Assembly (NCBI GenBank): GCA_001600815.1
Contig: BCKZ01000029.1
Coordinates: forward strand, 1-64,000
Source: Alloascoidea hylecoeti
Taxonomy: Eukaryota
Length of the DNA: 64,000 nucleotides
Direction: 5' to 3'
The notes under the pieces are model-generated. The model was not told where the DNA came from. It worked only from the letters and a program-made list of their open reading frames with translations, and did not search any database. Made by a program: the position numbers and the translations under genes. Every line of letters starts with the position of its first letter. Position 1 is the stretch's first letter. Below, piece after piece: positions 37,196 to 49,934 of this stretch.

Positions 37196-40100
37196 ATGCC
37201 AACAAGTGATGAATCTTTTGAGGTATTATCAGAAGAAGATGATAAAAAGGCCCCCAATGAATCCGATGAAGATAATCAACTTCTACAACAAGAAAATACA
37301 AAGAAACCAAACTTAAAAAAGAAAAATGGACCTAAAATCTCGGTTTCTCTTCATCCAAATAATGATATAAATATACAACCAAGTGAGTATTATGAAAGGC
37401 TACGAACTCGTAAGTTCAAATTTCAAAAGTCTGGAAAAACAGCGATACGATTAATAGAAGATATCCTTCGTTTATCATCTATCGACGCTTCAAATAATTT
37501 AAAATATCTATCCTCTCCTACAATAGATTATTCTGATAAAATATCAACTACTCCAAAATATGGTTTAACTCAACTAGATCCGCCTTTAAATTATGCTCCC
37601 GATTATGAAATACGAGATGGTGGTAAAATACAAATTTTAAGAGCTTTGATTTATAATGATAATGATCTACGAGGTATAGATAGATCTTTTAGGAAATACT
37701 TTCATTTAAAAATGACTTTATTTGGTGCTCCTTCCGTTATCCCTAACGCAAATGGAGGAGCCTCGAAGTCATCAACCTCCTCGAATTCTTCATTTTCTCG
37801 ATTATATGATTTCCATTACGTTGATATGGAAACTACTGATCACAACAAGAATAGCATGCATATGAATATTGATGAAAATAACTTTGATACAACAAACTTT
37901 ATTAAAGATAATGCATTCCCAAAAATAGTTGAAAAAGCATTTTATAAATGTTCAAAAACAAATGTTTTACTTGAAATAATCATATCAGAGTCTGAATTTA
38001 GTGATGAAGATTTAAATAATTTTGAATTAGATTCAATCCAAAACCGAATTGAAAGTTTTGAAAATTTAACAAATCAAAAAGTTAATACAGTGTTGAAAAA
38101 AGGTTATCCAAGTCAAGCAATGTGTTTTTATACATTATTTAAAATTTTAAGAAATCCTCTATTACAAAAACCAAATGATGAAAAAAAAACAATTGCTTTT
38201 AATAACCACACATTAAATATTAGATTAAATCCAAAAATTTTATCAAATCATTTATTTTATGGTGATTATAAAAGAAAAGAATGGATACCTCCATTTTTTA
38301 ACGAATTAAATGATAAATTAAGTGAAATTTCAAAAGAATCTTTTATTAGAAAAACTCAAGAAATTATTTCATTAGGTATAATGTCTGATACAATTGTTAA
38401 TAAACAAATAAGAGATAATCCTTTCTCATTTAAATTATTAGAAACTGAATCTGTTATATTAAGATTAAAACAATTTTTATCTTGTGATTCTTATGAAAAA
38501 TCAACAACAACGGTATTAAAAAGAGATCATTATTCAGATTATGTTAAACTTGGTATTGTTGAAGATTTCAGTGATAAATTAATTGTTTCAAGTTATGAAC
38601 TTCAATCCCTTTACGATCCTGATAATATACCTGATTATGCTGACGCGATAAGAAATATTGCTCAATTTACAGGTAGTCAAATATTAGAAGATTATGTTAT
38701 TAGATTAATGTCATTAGGTATTATAACAAGAACTGATATCTTAAAAGCATATAGATATTTTAATGTTTTACCACAATATATATCGAAAATAAGTGATGAT
38801 ATGTTGATTGAATCAATTGAAAAATTTATCACTAACTACAACGAACCAACCGATTCAAATTATTTATTTGCGAGAGGACAGCTGTCAATTTTATCAAATG
38901 TTCGGAAAAGTAAAACATTAAAAACTTATCTTGATAATCAACTTATTCCTCTTAATCTAGCTTACGAAGCTTTAGATTCTAACCCTTCTTTTGATGATTC
39001 CAAGATAATGGTGGCATATTTAACAAAAAGGCAACAAAATAATCCCCATAATATTGATAAAATCAATCAAGCATTAATATCAATATCTTCCTACAGAGGA
39101 TCATATCCATTACTAAATTATATCGAAACTCAAATACCCGATATTAATAAAAATCTTCCAAAACTATCAATTTCCGATTCTTTAAATGTATTAGGTATAA
39201 ATGGGAAAATTGATGATTTGGTTTTAATTAATTTATTTAAAAAGAAAATTCTTAATCAAAAAATTAATCCATATGAAATAAGGAAATTTAGGAATTCATT
39301 AAGATTCATTGCTATTGAAAGAAAAAGTGAAATATTATTAGATTTTTTAAAAAATGGTACAGTTAATGATGATTATATTACTGCCTTTGATTGGCCTGTT
39401 GGATTACAAAACATTGGAAATACTTGTTATTTAAATTCTTTATTACAATATTATTTCGCCATCAAACCTTTAAGAGATGCGATTGCTAATTTTAATCCCT
39501 CAACTGACCATGATATCAATGATCAATTATTATCAAAAAGAAGAATAGGTGGAAGAAAAATTGGTAAAGTTGAAATTGATAGATCTCGAGCTTTTATGCT
39601 GTTTATGAAGGAATTATTTCAACAATTAATTCATACACATCATAGATATATTTCACCAAAACCTGAATTGGCATATTTAGCTTTTTCAGCAACAAGAACA
39701 GAGTTAGAAATGTTGGAAGAATCAAATTCATCAAAAGGAACAACTGATTTCGATAAGGATGGCAGTAACTTGGATGTTGAATTGACTGATGAAAGATTCT
39801 CTTCTGACTCTAACTCAGATGATGTGATGAGCTTAAGTGATACCCCAACGAACCCCTCTGACAATGAACCATTTATTCATAAATCCACGTCAACAAATAT
39901 TAATAAGCAAACGTCACAAAAAGTTGTTTCTATTAATACAAGTTCAATTGGTCATAAAAAGACATCTTCAGGAAAATCAAATTTTGTTGTTTTATCAACT
40001 GCTACTCAAAGAGTAAACGTTCCAGTTAATGTTGAAGTCGATGATATTTTTGATTCATTTGCTACTAGTACACAACAAGATGTTACTGAATGCATTGAAA

Positions 40101-41167
40101 ATGTTTTATTTCAAATTGAATCTGTTTTACCACCTTTATCAATTGATGAAGAGAATGAACAGATTGATATCATTAAAAATTTATTTTATGGGAAAACAAA
40201 ACAAGAATTAATACCCATCGAAACATCATCAACAACTCAAACGCCTAAGAATAAAAAAAAGAGAGAAAAAGAAGAAAGATTTTCAAGTATTTTAGTTAAT
40301 GTATCAGATAAACCAAAGACATTATATAGTGCATTGGATTATTATTTCAGAGGTGATAGTTTAAGACTTGAGGATGGTAAAGTCAAAAGGAGGCTAACAA
40401 TATCTCAATTACCACCAATTTTACAAATTCAAATCCAAAGAGTCGGTTTTGATAAAGAAAAAGGTGTTGCTTTTAAAAATAATTCAAGACTTGTTTTTCC
40501 TGAAACCCTTTACATGGATAGATATACCGATGGATCTCAAGATGAAGAATTAAAGCAACAATTAGAAAATATTAGCACTTGGAAAGAAACTCAAGCATCC
40601 CTTAAACGGCAAAGAAAATATCTTGGTAAAAGACTAGGTCATAATGGAATGACGTTTAGAGAAAGTTTGAATGAAACACTTCATTGGTTGGAATCTCGAG
40701 TAATTGAAAAATCTGGAATAACCGTCAAAGATTCAGCAATTGAAGAGTTAAGGGAACAACTTAATATAGTTGATGTAGAATCACGGACTATAGAAGAACA
40801 AATTGTACAAATGGGTCATAATATTGAGCACGAATTATCTATAATGACAAAAATAAAGTATCATTTATTTGCTGTTTTCATTCATCGTGGGGAAGCAAAC
40901 TTTGGACATTATTGGGTTTACATCAGAGATTTCAAAAACGACGTTTATAGAGAATATAATGATGAAACTGTTAGTGAAGTAAGTATTGACCAAATTATGA
41001 TGCATAAAAATGGAACAACTGCAACACCGTATTTTTTGGTTTATGTAAGGGATGGTAATGAAGATCAATTGGTAGAGACATTGAAGAGGGAAATGTCACA
41101 ATATGGACTTGAAAATGGGTCTAATAGCAGTAGCGATGAAGAATTTGTTGATGTAACAAGTGAATAA
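37196..41167 (+). CDS. UBP2: Ubiquitin C-terminal hydrolase, Ubp2-like (likely ATG at 37196)
   Basis: Cys box WPVGLQNIGNTCYLNSLLQYYF, QQDVTECIENVLFQ, His box FIHRGEANFGHYWVYI, ATPYFLVYVR. Confidence 0.92.
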   Translation: MPTSDESFEVLSEEDDKKAPNESDEDNQLLQQENTKKPNLKKKNGPKISVSLHPNNDINIQPSEYYERLRTRKFKFQKSGKTAIRLIEDILRLSSIDASNNLKYLSSPTIDYSDKISTTPKYGLTQLDPPLNYAPDYEIRDGGKIQILRALIYNDNDLRGIDRSFRKYFHLKMTLFGAPSVIPNANGGASKSSTSSNSSFSRLYDFHYVDMETTDHNKNSMHMNIDENNFDTTNFIKDNAFPKIVEKAFYKCSKTNVLLEIIISESEFSDEDLNNFELDSIQNRIESFENLTNQKVNTVLKKGYPSQAMCFYTLFKILRNPLLQKPNDEKKTIAFNNHTLNIRLNPKILSNHLFYGDYKRKEWIPPFFNELNDKLSEISKESFIRKTQEIISLGIMSDTIVNKQIRDNPFSFKLLETESVILRLKQFLSCDSYEKSTTTVLKRDHYSDYVKLGIVEDFSDKLIVSSYELQSLYDPDNIPDYADAIRNIAQFTGSQILEDYVIRLMSLGIITRTDILKAYRYFNVLPQYISKISDDMLIESIEKFITNYNEPTDSNYLFARGQLSILSNVRKSKTLKTYLDNQLIPLNLAYEALDSNPSFDDSKIMVAYLTKRQQNNPHNIDKINQALISISSYRGSYPLLNYIETQIPDINKNLPKLSISDSLNVLGINGKIDDLVLINLFKKKILNQKINPYEIRKFRNSLRFIAIERKSEILLDFLKNGTVNDDYITAFDWPVGLQNIGNTCYLNSLLQYYFAIKPLRDAIANFNPSTDHDINDQLLSKRRIGGRKIGKVEIDRSRAFMLFMKELFQQLIHTHHRYISPKPELAYLAFSATRTELEMLEESNSSKGTTDFDKDGSNLDVELTDERFSSDSNSDDVMSLSDTPTNPSDNEPFIHKSTSTNINKQTSQKVVSINTSSIGHKKTSSGKSNFVVLSTATQRVNVPVNVEVDDIFDSFATSTQQDVTECIENVLFQIESVLPPLSIDEENEQIDIIKNLFYGKTKQELIPIETSSTTQTPKNKKKREKEERFSSILVNVSDKPKTLYSALDYYFRGDSLRLEDGKVKRRLTISQLPPILQIQIQRVGFDKEKGVAFKNNSRLVFPETLYMDRYTDGSQDEELKQQLENISTWKETQASLKRQRKYLGKRLGHNGMTFRESLNETLHWLESRVIEKSGITVKDSAIEELREQLNIVDVESRTIEEQIVQMGHNIEHELSIMTKIKYHLFAVFIHRGEANFGHYWVYIRDFKNDVYREYNDETVSEVSIDQIMMHKNGTTATPYFLVYVRDGNEDQLVETLKREMSQYGLENGSNSSSDEEFVDVTSE

Positions 41168-42179
41168 ACATGAAAAAATGGTAATTTTATATAAATAGTA
41201 GTTGTAGATATGATTAAATGTCACGTCAAAAATAATCCTAGCATTTGCATCGGTTTTGTGTAAGCTGCATATAATTTTGTTGTTCTATAGAACCTATACT
41301 AAATAAAGCTAGCTTCCCATCATCATAAAACTCGCCATGCCTCCGCACGATCCAATATATTAATAGGCAACAAAAAATAATATAATATTAGAATTATAAA
41401 TAAACTGTAACAGTAAATTAAGAATAGACACATTAATCTTTGAAACATCATGAGTCCAATGTTAACTATGTGTATCTTTTCGTGTACCAACTGGAGATAT
41501 AAATATCACTATATGGGCTTTAACTGAGATGTCACTATACACTGGTGTTCATTAGTCTCTTCTCAAAGGAACTACAAGAGTGATCTCTTGGGTGCTAGTT
41601 AAACGCTCTATCATTTAGATCATAATAATGAAGATGGTCGGTTCTCGCTTGCGTGACAATACTGATTGTCTTTCTTTTTTCTGTTATTTTTCTAAATAAT
41701 TAAAAGACGACTTAACTACGAGGGTGCCTATAGCTAGTAGTATCTAATACTGTCTATCATTTTAATCAGGTCATTAGATTCAATCTAAGTTTTCCGGCAT
41801 GATCTTATCTGATATTATTTTCAAGCCCTCAACAGTAAAAATTGAAAAGTTCTACCAGAAATTATTTATAAGATTAGAAAGGTATTAAAATGAAAAAAAA
41901 AAAGTATACATTGTAATAAGTAGCTTGGGGATCCGGATAGTGGAAAAAAAGACAGTGGGGAAAATGAAGATCTAAAATTATAGTTTAACATTACAGCATT
42001 AACTTCAGCATGCATATTTTATACTCCAGATAAATCTTACACAAATTTAAATAGAATGTTCATTTAAATATAGATAAGAAAAATGTAGGAGCCATACCAA
42101 GCCTTTCCAGAAGTGAAATTCTATGTTTTATTGATCTTCTTTCAAAGCTTGGCGATAACTAAGAATCATAGTAATATAG

Positions 42180-42229
42180 TAAGATTGTTATGGATTAGCA
42201 GACATAAGATTGTTATGGATTAGCAGACA
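42180..42229. repeat. 25-bp tandem duplication TAAGATTGTTATGGATTAGCAGACA x2
   Basis: Two exact adjacent copies. Confidence 0.9.
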
Positions 42230-45200
42230 CATCAAGACTATTTTGAGGCCATTTTAGATTACTATGAAACATGAGAGTTAACAAACCACACTGTATTATT
42301 GAAATATTTAATTGTGGGGTACATCAAATATATTGTTCATATACAGTTAAGGATCACTTTCCTCCATTTTAAACATCATTTAAAACTTTGTTAGCCTCTT
42401 AAATCTTAATATTTGGATACTATAAAATCAACATCTCCCTTTTTTTAACCTATCAAGAACTTTTACAGTTTCACCAGCTGAAGAAGAATATTTTGAGTCA
42501 AGCCAATTCCTTAATATGACACCATAGAACCCTAATTTACAAAAAGAGGAAATTTAAATAGAGAGCTACTCATGCCCAAAGGTGGAATCCGTGAAGGTTT
42601 AATTTGCTAATATGAACTCCATTATTTTTACTTGAGAAGAATAAACCTTGAAGCAAACTTGCAATACCCAACAGCAAGACTTTAAGCCATATCCTTTAAG
42701 AAGCATGCATATAAAGAAAACAGCAGCGATTAATACCCTCAGTAAAAAGAAAAACGGAGGGATTTCTATAAAAGCACAAAATAACAGATGATGAGTAAAT
42801 ACTATCTATATATAATTCTAAGAAAAATATACCAATCTAGGAATATTGAAATACCCTAAGTCTAGAATTTCGTCATCAAACTTTGAGAGTTGTTTGTGTT
42901 TCATTTTCCACTGTCGAGGGCTTGATTCTTCTGTTTATAAGATTTGTCGCCATAGTTATTAATTAGAGAAATGGAACATTTTGTTCAATTCTCAACTCTA
43001 TTTGAACTTTTTAAAATTCCCAGTAGATATCGTGCTTTAGATATCTGTATTGTATTTTAAATATGTCATAATACGAATTAGGAAATTTTGCGAAAAGCTT
43101 TTTTTTTGTGATTGTCGACTTTAAATTTGTAGTTTCCTGAGACTTCTCTCAAAGATTATGCACATGCTATTTTTAAACATTTTCGAAGTCTTGTGGTATA
43201 TCTATTTTGATAGAATTAATCACTCATCCTATCATTTTTTTAAGTTTAAGAGCTTGTTATTACTAGAAAATGCATGATATTGCTCTTGAAAAGGTTTATA
43301 TTTATTGCTGAAGATTTATAAAGTGATCACCATCTGGAACACCAACAGTACAGCCGTAGGGATTATTGTTACAATTGAATGCATGTTGATTATCGTACAC
43401 TTTAAAGGGATGGGCATCTAGTTGTATGCTACATCACACAAAAAGTGACACAATAGCTGGACATCCTGTTTGTGAAATACCCTCATAGATATTTGCCTCT
43501 AATATACTGTGACTTCGTAATTATTACATATTTGTATAGATTGATCTCGACATTTAAAGCTATGGTTAGTCACAGCAGTTAACATTAATCTTCAGATACA
43601 TATAGACTACATCCTTCTATAGATATAAAACACTCGACTTAACTTTTAATATTAATATTAACTAGATTTGTATAAAAATCGCGCGAATATATTGTTAATT
43701 ATAATGTTATATATATGTAGTGAATTTAAACAAGCGTTTAAAAAAGCATCATATATCTCGAGCTTAATTACAAATTTACAAGCCATTCTTTTTTTTATAT
43801 TAATAATAATTATTATTTATCCGTTACCATTCAGAACATAATTCAAAGATTATAAATTGTTGGTATAATATTAATGAAAATTAGCTGGGCCTCAAATGAT
43901 TAATATTAATATTCAATGTGATATATATAAATTTATATCGGAATAGTAGTAGGTTTTATTATAAAAATTCTCAAAATAGAGGTTTCTAATAGCTTTTATT
44001 GCTAATTTCTTTGTAAATTAACTGTTTTAATCTGTATCCATAGCTTTACATATATCCGAGTATTTATCGATATTTACCATGTGCAGAATCTCTTCCATCT
44101 AAGCTCAAGAAAATTTAGATTTAAATCTATAGATGGCGGCAACAGATTGTAATACTTATAATTACAAGGATAAATTAAAGATGATCATAAAATATATATG
44201 AATTAGGACTCCAAATCCAGTATATGCCTACATGAGTTTTACCCACATCTTTTATAAAAATATTAAATTCAGCTTTAAATGACTAATTCTTAAGCTTATA
44301 ATGATAAAATATCTTGCTATTCGGGACTACTAGCCAGAATTTAAATCTCACTACGTGATTCCGATGTCTTTGTCTTAACCTTTGTAAAGAATGTGCCGTA
44401 TAATCAACAAATATGTTGAAACACCTACCCCCACGTCTCAATTACAACAATTGAATTGTAATCGTTAGTTGAGGTTGGTATTTATCCCTAATTGAGAATA
44501 TGTCTAAGTTTAAGATAATTTAATAATAACTAATCTCTGGTGCTAGCTTATATATAAATCTGTTGAATGTTAAATGCATATAAGATCTTATTATAGTATT
44601 TCAACTTTGTAGCTGCAGCTGAATTCACTTAAGCTTTAGATATGAGATAAAAGACGCATTCGATCAATAACCGCTTCTTTTATTCTATAATCGAAATATC
44701 AAATTTAAATTTTGATTATAATTAATATTGCAGTTTATAGTTAATATAAGATCTGGTAATTGTAATAATTTTTGTTAGCATAATACATTGTTCCTGACAT
44801 CGTATCTATATTCTATTTAATTAAGTCAAACCTAACCCAATTGCAACTTACCAATCAGGCTAAAGAGTCCTATACCTAGACTTAATTAGCCAAATATTAA
44901 TATATGAGTATAAGATTAAAATAATTTTACTATACTGGTATAGGATTGCTAATTATGATCCCAATTCAGAACACTAGCTATAGATTTACATACATAAAAC
45001 TTATATCTACCTTATAATCCGGCCGCGGTATATTTCATAAGATTCATGGCAATGTTCATATTCAATTGTAATCTTAATTCCTTCAGATTATAAACCTTTT
45101 CTCTCAAATAATATACCTTTTAGACATTTCTCTCACAATTAACCATGGCCAAAATCTCGTTACAATAATATAGGATATATTGCAAGCGTTTGATCATGAA

Positions 45201-46354
45201 TATAAGTCTCGGTAAAATCTTAGTAGGTGTAAAAATTACGTCTTAAGCATATATCCGTGTCTAAGATATATTTTTGAGTGTTATAGATCGGGCTAAGATT
45301 AATAGAACTAAAGTCCGATCGCGATGGAGCACCCCACCCCCATTATATCAATATTGTGTACCAAATATATATAGAGTTTGAATATTAATTGTGAATATTA
45401 AATATCGTGTATGTTATAAATATTAATTCAGATTGTATAATAAAACATGTAGCCTATGTTCACAATTGCATTACACATCGTTCTTATTAACTTATTAATA
45501 TAGACGTTGAGTTGAGGTAGAAATTAATCATTATCGATATGATTAATTAAATATTAGTGTATCAGATGAGTAAAAATACGTTATTGGGGCATTTTCTGCG
45601 GATAATATTGATTTTGGCAATCGATTGTGTCGTACCTGTTATCTTACATGTCCTCTGCGTCTGATCTAAGGCCATGGCCATCGCTCATTGGCTGCAACTA
45701 GGTTTCTTATCATGCATCCTTTGCAGAATGATGTAACAGTCTCACACCTCGAGACACAAGCCAACGAAAAAGATCATAAAACTATATGATAATATCACAA
45801 AATTTAAAAAGAAAATACAAAAAAATAAAAGAAACCAAAGATTTAAATAAATAAAAAGAAAAAAGTGGGTGTCCCTGATTGGTAAGATACGTTTTCGTTT
45901 TATGCAGATATGCCACCAGCAGCAGATGTAGATATAGAACACAGTTGTAATCACGGCCATTTTGATTCTTGTTTCTTCAATTGAAACCAAGCAATAGTTA
46001 TATAATAAAATGCAAATTTGCAGCCCTTCATGCCATGATAAAGTAATATACTACGCCAAGTACAAGGTATTAAAATAATAGAATGTTAATATAAAGTATA
46101 AGCATATATCCTTAAGTTTATGTTACAGATAGTGATGAATACAACTTAATTTTGCTTTTATATTTGCAGGATGATTGGATGAAGCCGAAGATATCCCCAC
46201 CTAGTGTTAGTTGTATAATAATTATAAACTTTATCTAGAAACCCTATATGAGTATCATATAAAAAGGCCTTATGCTTCCGCAAAATCAAAACACATATTT
46301 CAATATCTTTTCTTTTTTATTGATCTTGGCATATAGACATTAAAATCAATAAAA

Positions 46355-47989
46355 ATGTCAAAAGTCTCAGAAAAGGGTACAACGAGGAGTATTGATGGAG
46401 AAGGATCTATTGAATCTTCACTATCTAAAAGAGTTGATAGTAATAATCATGACATCGGTTTAGGTACTGTCGATGAATTTCATCTTAATGATGATAAAAG
46501 ATTAGCAGAAGCAGGTTACAAACCTGAATTAAAACGAAACTTCTCAATATGGTCTCTACTAGGTGTAGGTTTTGGTTTAACAAATTCTTGGTTTGGTATT
46601 TCAGCATCATTAGTTACTGGTATTTCTTCAGGTGGTCCAATGATTATTGTTTATGGTATTATTATCATTGCTTGTATTTCATCTTGTATAGCAATCACAC
46701 TTTCAGAATTAACTTCTGCTTTTCCTAACTCTGGTGGTCAATACTATTGGACAACTAAATTGGCTCCTGCAAAACATGCAAACTTTTTAGCTTACATGTG
46801 TGGTGCTATGGCATGGGCCGGTTCTATCTTTACATCTGCATCAGTTACACTATCTATTGCGCAAGCAATAGTTGGTATGTGGGTCTTAAATTCTGGTGGT
46901 GATAATTTCACAGTTAAATCATGGCATGTATTTGTTTGTTTTGAACTTATTAATGCTGTAACATTTATTTTTAATTGTTGGGGAAAACAATTACCTTATA
47001 TTTCATCTGCAGCTTTATATACATCACTTTTTTCATTTGTTGTTATTACAATTACTGTTTTATCATGCTCTAGTGGTCATTATCAAGAACCAAGTTTTGT
47101 ATTTTCTGAATTTAATAATCAAACAGGCTGGTCATCAGCAGGAATCGCATTCATTGTTGGTTTAATCAATCCGAATTGGTCTTTTTCATGTTTAGATTGT
47201 GCAACACATATGGCTGAAGAAATAGCAGACCCTGAAATTATGATTCCAAAAGCTATTATTGGAACTGTTATTATTGGATTTGTAACTTCATTTTCATATG
47301 TTATCGCTATGTTTTTTTCAGTTCAGAATTTAGATGATATACTTAATTCAAACACTGGTGTTCCAATTCTTGATATTTATTATCAAGCTTTAGGAAGTAA
47401 AAATGGTGCTCTTTGTTTAGAAACATTAATTGTTTTAACAGCTTTTGGGTGTAATATTGCCTCCCATACTTGGCAAGCAAGATTATGTTGGTCATTTTCT
47501 AGAGATAATGGTTTACCTGGATCAAAATACTGGTCTAAAGTTAATACAAAAACTGGAGTTCCAATCAATGCTCATATTATGTCGTGCTGTTTGGTTGCAC
47601 TTTTAGGATGTATTTACTTAGGATCTTCAACAGCTTTTAACTCAATGGTTACAGCTTGTATTCTTTTCCTTTTACTCTCTTATATTATTCCAACCGCTTG
47701 TTTATTATATAGAAAGAGAAATATCCAACAAGGTCCATTTTGGTTAGGCAAATTTGGATTATTTTCAAATATTGTGGTTATCTGCTGGACAATATTTGCT
47801 ATGGTATTCTTTACATTCCCTTATACAATGCCAGTAGAGAAAGATAATATGAATTATGCTTCTGTTGTACTAGTTGGAATTATTCTATTCTTTTTAGTTT
47901 ATTGGTTTGCAAGAGGTAAAAGAACATTTAGAAATAAAGAAACTAAAGAAAAAGATTCAATAGTATATGAAAACTCAGTTCATGTATAA
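46355..47989 (+). CDS. HNM1: Choline/ethanolamine permease (APC superfamily, ACT family)
   Basis: FSIWSLLGVGFGLTNSWFGISASLV.GISSGGP, WSFSCLDCATHMAEE, HTWQARLCWSFSRDNGLP. Confidence 0.92.
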   Translation: MSKVSEKGTTRSIDGEGSIESSLSKRVDSNNHDIGLGTVDEFHLNDDKRLAEAGYKPELKRNFSIWSLLGVGFGLTNSWFGISASLVTGISSGGPMIIVYGIIIIACISSCIAITLSELTSAFPNSGGQYYWTTKLAPAKHANFLAYMCGAMAWAGSIFTSASVTLSIAQAIVGMWVLNSGGDNFTVKSWHVFVCFELINAVTFIFNCWGKQLPYISSAALYTSLFSFVVITITVLSCSSGHYQEPSFVFSEFNNQTGWSSAGIAFIVGLINPNWSFSCLDCATHMAEEIADPEIMIPKAIIGTVIIGFVTSFSYVIAMFFSVQNLDDILNSNTGVPILDIYYQALGSKNGALCLETLIVLTAFGCNIASHTWQARLCWSFSRDNGLPGSKYWSKVNTKTGVPINAHIMSCCLVALLGCIYLGSSTAFNSMVTACILFLLLSYIIPTACLLYRKRNIQQGPFWLGKFGLFSNIVVICWTIFAMVFFTFPYTMPVEKDNMNYASVVLVGIILFFLVYWFARGKRTFRNKETKEKDSIVYENSVHV

Positions 47990-48839
47990 AATCATGTTCA
48001 ATTGAATTCATATTAACATAATTAAACCAGCACATAATTACTGTTTTTGTTTTTTTTTGTCCTTTTTTTATCATTACTTGTACATTTGATTTCAGGAAAC
48101 ATTTTTTAAAAATCTTTTCTTTGTTGGTCTGGCACTTGCTTTAAATTAAATAGAAGTTATAATAGAGAGTGCTTTAACACTATTGTTAGTTATTAATAAA
48201 TTTAATTAAGAAGCTGATGTTGATGTCATTTTTTTTACCAAGAGATTTACCGATATCATTTTTGTCGATTCAAATCGATATCTGTAAATACGTAATTAAA
48301 TTATAACCATCGATAAATTATCCTGATGCCGCTGCCGTATCAAGTAAATCATTAAAATACTGCTTATTAAATATCACTAACGATTTTCAGTCGTGTCATA
48401 AATTCTACTTGCCAATATATATCATGTTTTAAAGCTAATTTTATATAAGATAGCTCTACCTATGGCTATAGTATAGCTAACCACAGAGACATATATAATA
48501 AATATGATATAATGCTGTACTATTTTATAAAATTGACTTTATTAAACAACATAAAGTTGAATTTATAACTCACAATCAAGAAATCGTTAGTGATATTTAA
48601 TAAATAGTATTTTAATAATTTATTTTGATACGGCACCAAGATAATGCTTACATGGTTTTAATTCTAATTAGATAATGAAGCTTAAAATATATTAATTAAA
48701 AAATAAAAGCTTATCAATATCAACTGCAGTTTTCTTATTATGTGGTGACAATAATATAGGTATAATTGGCTACATTAGGTTATATTGTTATGTAAATAGT
48801 AAATCTTCCCATATAACTGGAATATATATATATTGGACT

Positions 48840-49934
48840 TTAAAGTCTTGAATATTTAGGAATTTTCCTCATCAAAAATGACTTATTGATTTGTGATGTT
48901 TTTGTGATACCAGTAAAAGCCATAACAATTCTGAATTCATCCTCAAGTATTTGTTGAACTAATTCCAAACCTTTTTGACCATCATAAGCAAGACCATATA
49001 AAACTGGTCTACCTAACCAAACAAAATCTGCTCCTAATGCTAAAGCCATAAATACATCTGAACCTTTTCTAAATCCTCCATCAATATGAACAGGAATTCG
49101 ACCATTAACAGCTTCTACTATTTCTGGAAGGGCTTCAAGTGTAGTGTAAGTGCAATCGAATTGTCTTCCTCCATGATTAGATACCCATATACCATCAACT
49201 CCAGCTTCAACAGCAGCCTCTGCATCTTCTGCAGTTAAGACACCCTTAGCCCATACTTGAAGTTTTGTAAGACTCTTAATCCATTTTATTATATCCCAAG
49301 TGGCGCTGGGGTCTTCATGATAATCTGTAGTATCTCCGACATGTGTTGGGAAATTGGGCAATGCAATACCATGAGTATTAAACTCTCCTCGTTCTTCTTG
49401 ATAACGTCTACCTAAATGTGGAGTATCAATAGTACATAAAATGGCTTTAAATCCACATGCTTCAGCTTTTTTAATTGCTTTAATCATCACATCTTTATTT
49501 TTAGTTGGATTCATCTGTTGAAATATTAAAGAATCACCAGCAACTTTTTTAACTTCTTCCATTGGAGTTGATGAATATAAACTTAAAGCCATTGGCCAAT
49601 TTTTCGATTTTGCTGCTCTACCAGTTGCTAGTTCAGCATCTTTATGAGCAAATTTATGAATAGCAGATGGTGAAAACCCGATTGGTATATTATAAGTTTT
49701 ATTAAATAATTGTTTTGATGGTTTAATATTAATATTTTCAACACCACGAAATAACCTTGGTTTTATAATATATGTTTCATCAAATGATTTTAAATTTGCT
49801 TTATATGTAACTCTTTCATTTGCTCCTAATTCCCAATAATCTGCTATTTTTTTTTCAACTTTTGAAAGTGCTGCTTCTTTAATTTCCGAAATTGCAACTA
49901 ATTTCCTTGGTTTTGTTGAAGATTCTATCACCAT
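48840..49934 (-). CDS. FMN-dependent alpha-hydroxy acid oxidase (glycolate oxidase-like), no cytochrome b5 domain, PTS1 -SRL
   Basis: TIDTPHLGRR, KGVLTAEDA, VSNHGGRQ, DGGFRKGSDVF.ALALGA, GRPVLYGLA; C-terminal SRL. First ATG at 49934. Confidence 0.93.
   Translation of the reverse strand: MVIESSTKPRKLVAISEIKEAALSKVEKKIADYWELGANERVTYKANLKSFDETYIIKPRLFRGVENINIKPSKQLFNKTYNIPIGFSPSAIHKFAHKDAELATGRAAKSKNWPMALSLYSSTPMEEVKKVAGDSLIFQQMNPTKNKDVMIKAIKKAEACGFKAILCTIDTPHLGRRYQEERGEFNTHGIALPNFPTHVGDTTDYHEDPSATWDIIKWIKSLTKLQVWAKGVLTAEDAEAAVEAGVDGIWVSNHGGRQFDCTYTTLEALPEIVEAVNGRIPVHIDGGFRKGSDVFMALALGADFVWLGRPVLYGLAYDGQKGLELVQQILEDEFRIVMAFTGITKTSQINKSFLMRKIPKYSRL

Noticed and set aside
43150..43500. hAT transposase-like words (HTTRC, CSRW*SLY) on the minus strand
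   Set aside because: Too short and degenerate to support.
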